DNA of 64,000 nucleotides from Lepidodermella squamata (taxonomy: Eukaryota; Animalia; Gastrotricha). The notes below the pieces were generated by a model. The model was not told the origin of the DNA. It made no database searches and worked only from the letters and a program-made list of their open reading frames with translations. Positions 59,549 through 64,000 of this stretch are shown here, piece after piece. How positions within the stretch are numbered: position 1 is the first letter of the stretch; every line of letters begins with the position of its first letter. A program made the translations under genes and the position numbers. The DNA lies in contig JBLDXI010000042.1 in the NCBI GenBank assembly GCA_047495785.1, positions 372,001-436,000 on the forward strand, given 5' to 3'.

Positions 59549-59866
59549 ATGAATTTCTTGCTTTTCCAACTTTGTTTTGCCGCTGTGGTCGTCAACGTGG
59601 CGATTTGTCAATACGACTACGGCAACAATTTGAATTACAACATCGAGTATGGCGCCGCGCGGTGTGCGAATGGCTGCACGTGGTTCATAGATACTGGCAA
59701 ATGTGATTGTTCCGCCTTGCCGCAAACTGGCCGATTTGCGGGCCGACGTCGACCCGTCATTAAGGGGTGGCGGGGCCCTCCTCCAGGCGGCTGTCGCCCC
59801 GAGGGCTGCAGATGGTCGACCGTGAATGCCAGGTGCATGTGCGGACGATTCATCGGCAGCTACTAG
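59549..59866 (+). CDS. Secreted Cys-rich peptide with two 4-Cys modules
   Basis: Signal peptide; CANGCTWFIDTGKCDC and CRPEGCRWSTVNARCMC separated by GRRR; AATAAA at ~59876. Confidence 0.85.
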   Translation: MNFLLFQLCFAAVVVNVAICQYDYGNNLNYNIEYGAARCANGCTWFIDTGKCDCSALPQTGRFAGRRRPVIKGWRGPPPGGCRPEGCRWSTVNARCMCGRFIGSY

Positions 59867-61149
59867 ATCTTCGGTAATAAATAAAACGGCATCGCTGACC
59901 TTCATCTTGATGCGAGGTCTGAAATGATCCAATCTGGCAAAGCTGTGTTTAACATTGAACAAATATGATGTCGCAAACCACATACAGCCGAAAAATGAAG
60001 ATTTTTCAGCTTGAAAGCCATTCGAGTTTCTATATATTGCCAGTTCCGGTTTCATTTACGCTTTCCATTCGAATTGCGACGAATCCATGGCGAGGCTGGA
60101 CTAAGCGATCTCCCGTTGAAGCCTCGCAAATACTTGAAGGGAATGTGCCAACCCGAATGCCCAGTTGAAAATCCAACACACCCACACACAACCATAGGCT
60201 CCGTATAGAGGAATTATGAATATTTCTGAAACCCTCTTTGCCGCCTCAGGAGAGACTGAAGAGTAATTTTGAATAGCGCGAATAATTAGGGGCATTAATT
60301 ACGCAAACGTGGTACTCATGATACATTTCAGCAGCCGTTTCCAGATTGTCACGTGACATCGCCCTGCATGTGATAGATTGCAGCAGTCACCTCATCACTT
60401 TCCTCTCTGGCCTGATTTAATGATCTGCTGGTCCGCAATATCTCACTTTTATAGCTCTTTTGGCCGTCCGCTACGCCCATACGCCTTTGCCTCCATTTAG
60501 CCTGGTGCATTCCTCACGGGCCTCTGCTTCGCGACCGTGACCTTTGGGGAAGCAAACTGTGTTCGTCTTGCTTTTGATTGTGATTGTTTTTCACTCGCCA
60601 GGCCAGCCCTTTCCATCAAAGCATGAACCACTAGAGTAGCCTTAACTAGAGTAGAGTTGGATAACACGTGAAATCAATGGAGAATTAAATCTTGCATGCA
60701 AATTGTATCTTACGAATTACGAAAGGGGCAATGATTAAAACAAGCTTAGCCGTGATGTTTCGAGAGTTTTCCACGGTGGTGAAATTCGAACTCAATCAGC
60801 GAACTTCGAACCACATGCGAGCGAAAGTAGCAGAAATGTGTGGTTTCAGGCTCAAGATTGTATAGCTGAAAGTTCCGAGAGTGGTAAACATGAGCCCCAG
60901 GTCGGGCCTGTCCATGGGTAGCCTTTGAGGGATCAGAGACCACAGCCTAAGAATGACGCAAGAAGTTTGAAAATCCCTGTAACAGAGGCTTCTGTTTCTA
61001 ATAAAAAGGTCTCCGAGTTAAAAAAAAGATTTCTGATTTATTTCTAGTAATACTGTGACGGTAATAATATAGTGGCATTACGATAGGTTATGATGTAGTT
61101 GAATTCTGCTTTTCCTTAACTTGAATGTTTTTTCGTTGAGATGCCGTGT

Positions 61150-62525
61150 TCAGCATTCAGCAAGTTCATTGGCCCGAGTTGCACCTCGCGCCGTCAGCAG
61201 TTCCGCAATTTCGGCATGGTCACGACAAATCGCCAGGTCGAGCTCAGATCTCCCTTCGCTATCAATAATCTGCGCATTTGCACCGCGCTCCAACAACAGG
61301 CGTACGACCTCGACGCGCCCATTGTAGACCGCCATGGTCAACGCCGTCCAGCCATCCTTAGTCGTAACCTCCATGTTCGCGCCTTTGTCCAACAACAGAC
61401 GAACTAGCTCCAGTTTGTCATTAGCGGCCGCCTTCATCAAAGCCGTCCTGCCGTAGATATCCTGGACGCCGATGTTCGCGCCGCGCTCCAGCAACAGCTG
61501 TGTCGTCTCGGCGTACCCATAGTTGGCTGCCCATAACAACGCCGTCCAGCCTGTGGGATCCGTGGCCTCGATGTTGGCACCACGGTCCAGTAATAGACGC
61601 ACAACCCCGGCATTTTTGGCCGCTATAATCAACACCGGGTGCCCATTGTACTCTGCCTTGGCATCGATGCTCGCGTTGCGCTCGACCAGCAGTCGCGCTA
61701 CTTCGAGATGCCCCTGGTCGGCCGCCAGCATCAACGGCGTCAAGCCGCGGTCTTCCACGGCATCGAACTCCGCCCCGCGATCAGCGAGCAGCTGAATAAT
61801 TTCCAGCCGTTGCTCTGGTTCGCGCGTCACGCACTGAGTTAAGCGGTGAAGCAGAGTACCGTTTCTAATCCAGAACGAGGGACAATATTGGTGTAGCCTG
61901 GGATCTCGCCAGTTCGGGTCGAAGTTGTCGTCGGTTGCCGCGTCGATGGCCGCCACAAGTCGCCGCGCCTCAGTCACGTTCAGGGCCTCGCCAACTGCCG
62001 TTGATAACTCCTCGTAGAGCAGGCGTACCTGAGTAGATTGAAGAACAAGCAACAAGAAGTGAACGGCGGGGTTTGACGAATAAATGTTTGGCCAGCCAAG
62101 TTTTGGATCATGAGTTTTTTCAAAAAAATGCGCTTAAAATTCAATTATATTGGGCAAAATTGTCAAATTTGTTGGAATTGTTGGAGTTGTAGTGAAAATT
62201 TAAATTGTCAAATTTTAAAATTTCAATTTTCGAAAATCGAAATAATTAAATTTTCAAACTTCAATTTTCCAAAATCGAAAATGTTAGCTTATTTTACTTA
62301 TATTACTGATTATTATGCTTACAAATATGTCGACTACAGCAGTTTGTTTTTCGGCCTTCGCCACTTCCAATGGCGTGAAGCCGTTTTTGAGCTTCGCGCT
62401 CTCGAAAGCACCTTTGATTTGTGCGTTCTTATCAGCACCTTTAGAGAGCAAAAAGAGAACGGCGTCGACGTTCCCCCGACCAGACGCATAGAACAATGGC
62501 GTGATGCCATCCTTAGCCGTAGCAT
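61150..62525 (-). CDS. Ankyrin-repeat gene lacking its 5' end (exons ~62525-62323 and 62028-61150)
   Basis: Many G.T.L..AA..G...V.LLL..GA repeats; phase-0 intron gtaagc (62322) to tactcag (62029) joins AVVDIF to VRLLYEE; upstream part replaced by duplicated GPCR sequence. Confidence 0.75.
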
Positions 62526-63016
62526 TTCCCAACTGATTTGATGAAATTTATCAGTCCGATATTCGTATTTTCCATCGGCATTTGAATTCGATAGATGTTG
62601 GAATACAACGATCGTTGCGCTATGAAACCTGGCGCGGTGCAGCCATGCGTGAACATCGTGAAGAAATTCGCTTTAGCCGCGACGGCTACGTTACCGCAGC
62701 CTGTGCTTGGCCCGACAACTATCGGAGCGACAGAGGATGAAGTCGAGTTTGAGAGGAAGTTCGCGAAGCTTGCGGCTGATTTTGTAGCTAGATAACCTTC
62801 GTCACCAACAGCCATTGTCAGCTCGTAATTCGGTAGAATATCAGCCCGGGAATTGACTTCATCTATAACGATTTGCATCGAAGCTTGGCAAACAGCTGAT
62901 GTGGACGGCTCCTGGCCTGTTTTCGCAAGCAATGTCAGTATCGAGAGCTGTTTTGGCTTAAGAAGCCCTGACGCTGCGCCAAGCGATACTGTCAAAAGTA
63001 AAACGCTCAATTTCAT
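62513..63016 (-). pseudogene. Truncated copy of the class C GPCR (signal peptide + first part of VFT only)
   Basis: Identical to the N-terminus of 55859-53394 up to SVGK, then CYG* in ankyrin-derived sequence. Confidence 0.85.
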
Positions 63017-64000
63017 GTCAAGTGACAAAACTAGAAGTGACTTTTGAATTGAATTTATCTAAAGCTCTAGATGTGAAATTCGATCTTCCGTATCGGCTTC
63101 CTTCCGAATGGGCCTCATGCAGGAAGAACATGATGTTTTCAAGAATTGCACACGTGGTTCAATTCGATTTCCGCAAACGGACCTAAGATAAAAAAAACCT
63201 TGATCCAAAGTTGTTAACTGCTTTTATTCAATGAATCACGCTCCACGCATCAGTCCGATGATAGGCGACTCAAACGCAACAGAAAACACGGTCGATACAA
63301 TGAAAGTTGATACAAGTGTACCTAAAAAGCCGTAAATCGCTGTTAAATCAGTTAGATGAATAGGGCGACGAGCTGATTGAATGAAGTACATTAAAACCAA
63401 AGGATGAATAAGATACGCGGCATAGGACAGGCGAGCTGGTAGCGCCCAGACCCGCCAGTTAAGCATCCAACCTATAATCCCGGCCTTATTCAAGGCACAA
63501 GCGATTACAATCCAACCTAAAGCTACACCCCAGGCAGTTCTTGCAAAGGCGTTGAAGATGCAATCCACCCAAATAGGGTCTATCCTATACCCAAGATACT
63601 GCCCATGAGGTCCGTAGATACCTGCGCCAATTGTGGTTAAACAGATGGCCCAGCCTATGATTTGAAGCCACTTACTACGGAAAATCTTGTCTAAGATAGG
63701 CCGATGTTTGACCAGAACGTGGCAAATCATTACCCCTGCGATATAAGGCCCTAGTCTCGTGTACGGTTTAACATAGTAAATCTCGTACTGGCGAACGTAG
63801 TCTTTCGGCTCTTCGTTGAATTCAATCAAAAGATCTTGGTAGTCATTAGGGGCGACATTGACAGCCGGTAGTCGGTAGATTGCGGTTAAAACCGCTGAGC
63901 TAACCATTTGAATGACTAACAAGGTCCAGCTTAACCCCCAACCGTAAACCGGCCATTTCTTGAAGGCGAAAACGATGAAGGGTAGGATTATGAATAGCTG
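62523..64000 (+). repeat. Near-identical direct duplication of 55366-56843 (offset 7157 bp)
   Basis: No difference seen by eye; identical ORF translations at 55438/62595, 55696/62853 and 56079/63236. Confidence 0.97.
63236..64000 (-). CDS. Second copy of the NRF-6-like acyltransferase, 3' part (continues beyond the window)
   Basis: Identical to 56079-56843. Confidence 0.9.
   Translation of the reverse strand, partial: QLFIILPFIVFAFKKWPVYGWGLSWTLLVIQMVSSAVLTAIYRLPAVNVAPNDYQDLLIEFNEEPKDYVRQYEIYYVKPYTRLGPYIAGVMICHVLVKHRPILDKIFRSKWLQIIGWAICLTTIGAGIYGPHGQYLGYRIDPIWVDCIFNAFARTAWGVALGWIVIACALNKAGIIGWMLNWRVWALPARLSYAAYLIHPLVLMYFIQSARRPIHLTDLTAIYGFLGTLVSTFIVSTVFSVAFESPIIGLMRGA

Noticed and set aside
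61150-62028. GC-rich ankyrin exon as a bacterial horizontal transfer
   Set aside because: Composition alone is weak evidence; it appears spliced to another exon, and ankyrin repeats give little phylogenetic signal.
5467-63047. Numerous 60-180 aa antisense or alternative-frame ORFs overlapping the called genes
   Set aside because: Shadow ORFs of real coding sequences, without independent motifs or signals.

Overview
Gene-dense animal genomic DNA, not prokaryotic. It has short GT-AG introns (about 55-140 nt), AATAAA signals, a Pol III tRNA-Lys gene, a 5'-truncated LINE, several MITE families and TTAGGG-type repeats. The repertoire suggests a marine invertebrate, possibly an acoel (low-confidence inference). 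Genes include three intronless GABA-B-like class C GPCRs, two divergent Cys-loop channels, three orphan class A-like 7TM receptors, LamG/discoidin/lectin mosaic proteins, an NRF-6-like acyltransferase, ankyrin proteins, a nucleoredoxin-like protein and several small secreted Cys-rich peptides. There are two horizontal-transfer candidates: an oomycete-like GH17 beta-1,3-glucanase and a clavaminate-synthase-like Fe/2OG dioxygenase. Main novelties: (1) a spliced ~915-aa gene fusing two LamG/pentraxin-like domains to a complete Cys-loop channel; (2) a family of secreted peptides built from a C-x3/4-C-x-[WY]-x6-C-x-C module; (3) a 34-bp perfect palindrome with an 8-bp target-site duplication; (4) a dispersed element carrying telomeric repeats; (5) an EGF/L-lectin protein ending in DDEL; (6) a 7157-bp-offset duplication joining a GPCR 5' end to an ankyrin gene. 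Exon boundaries were derived by eye and family assignments come from motif recognition, not database searches.
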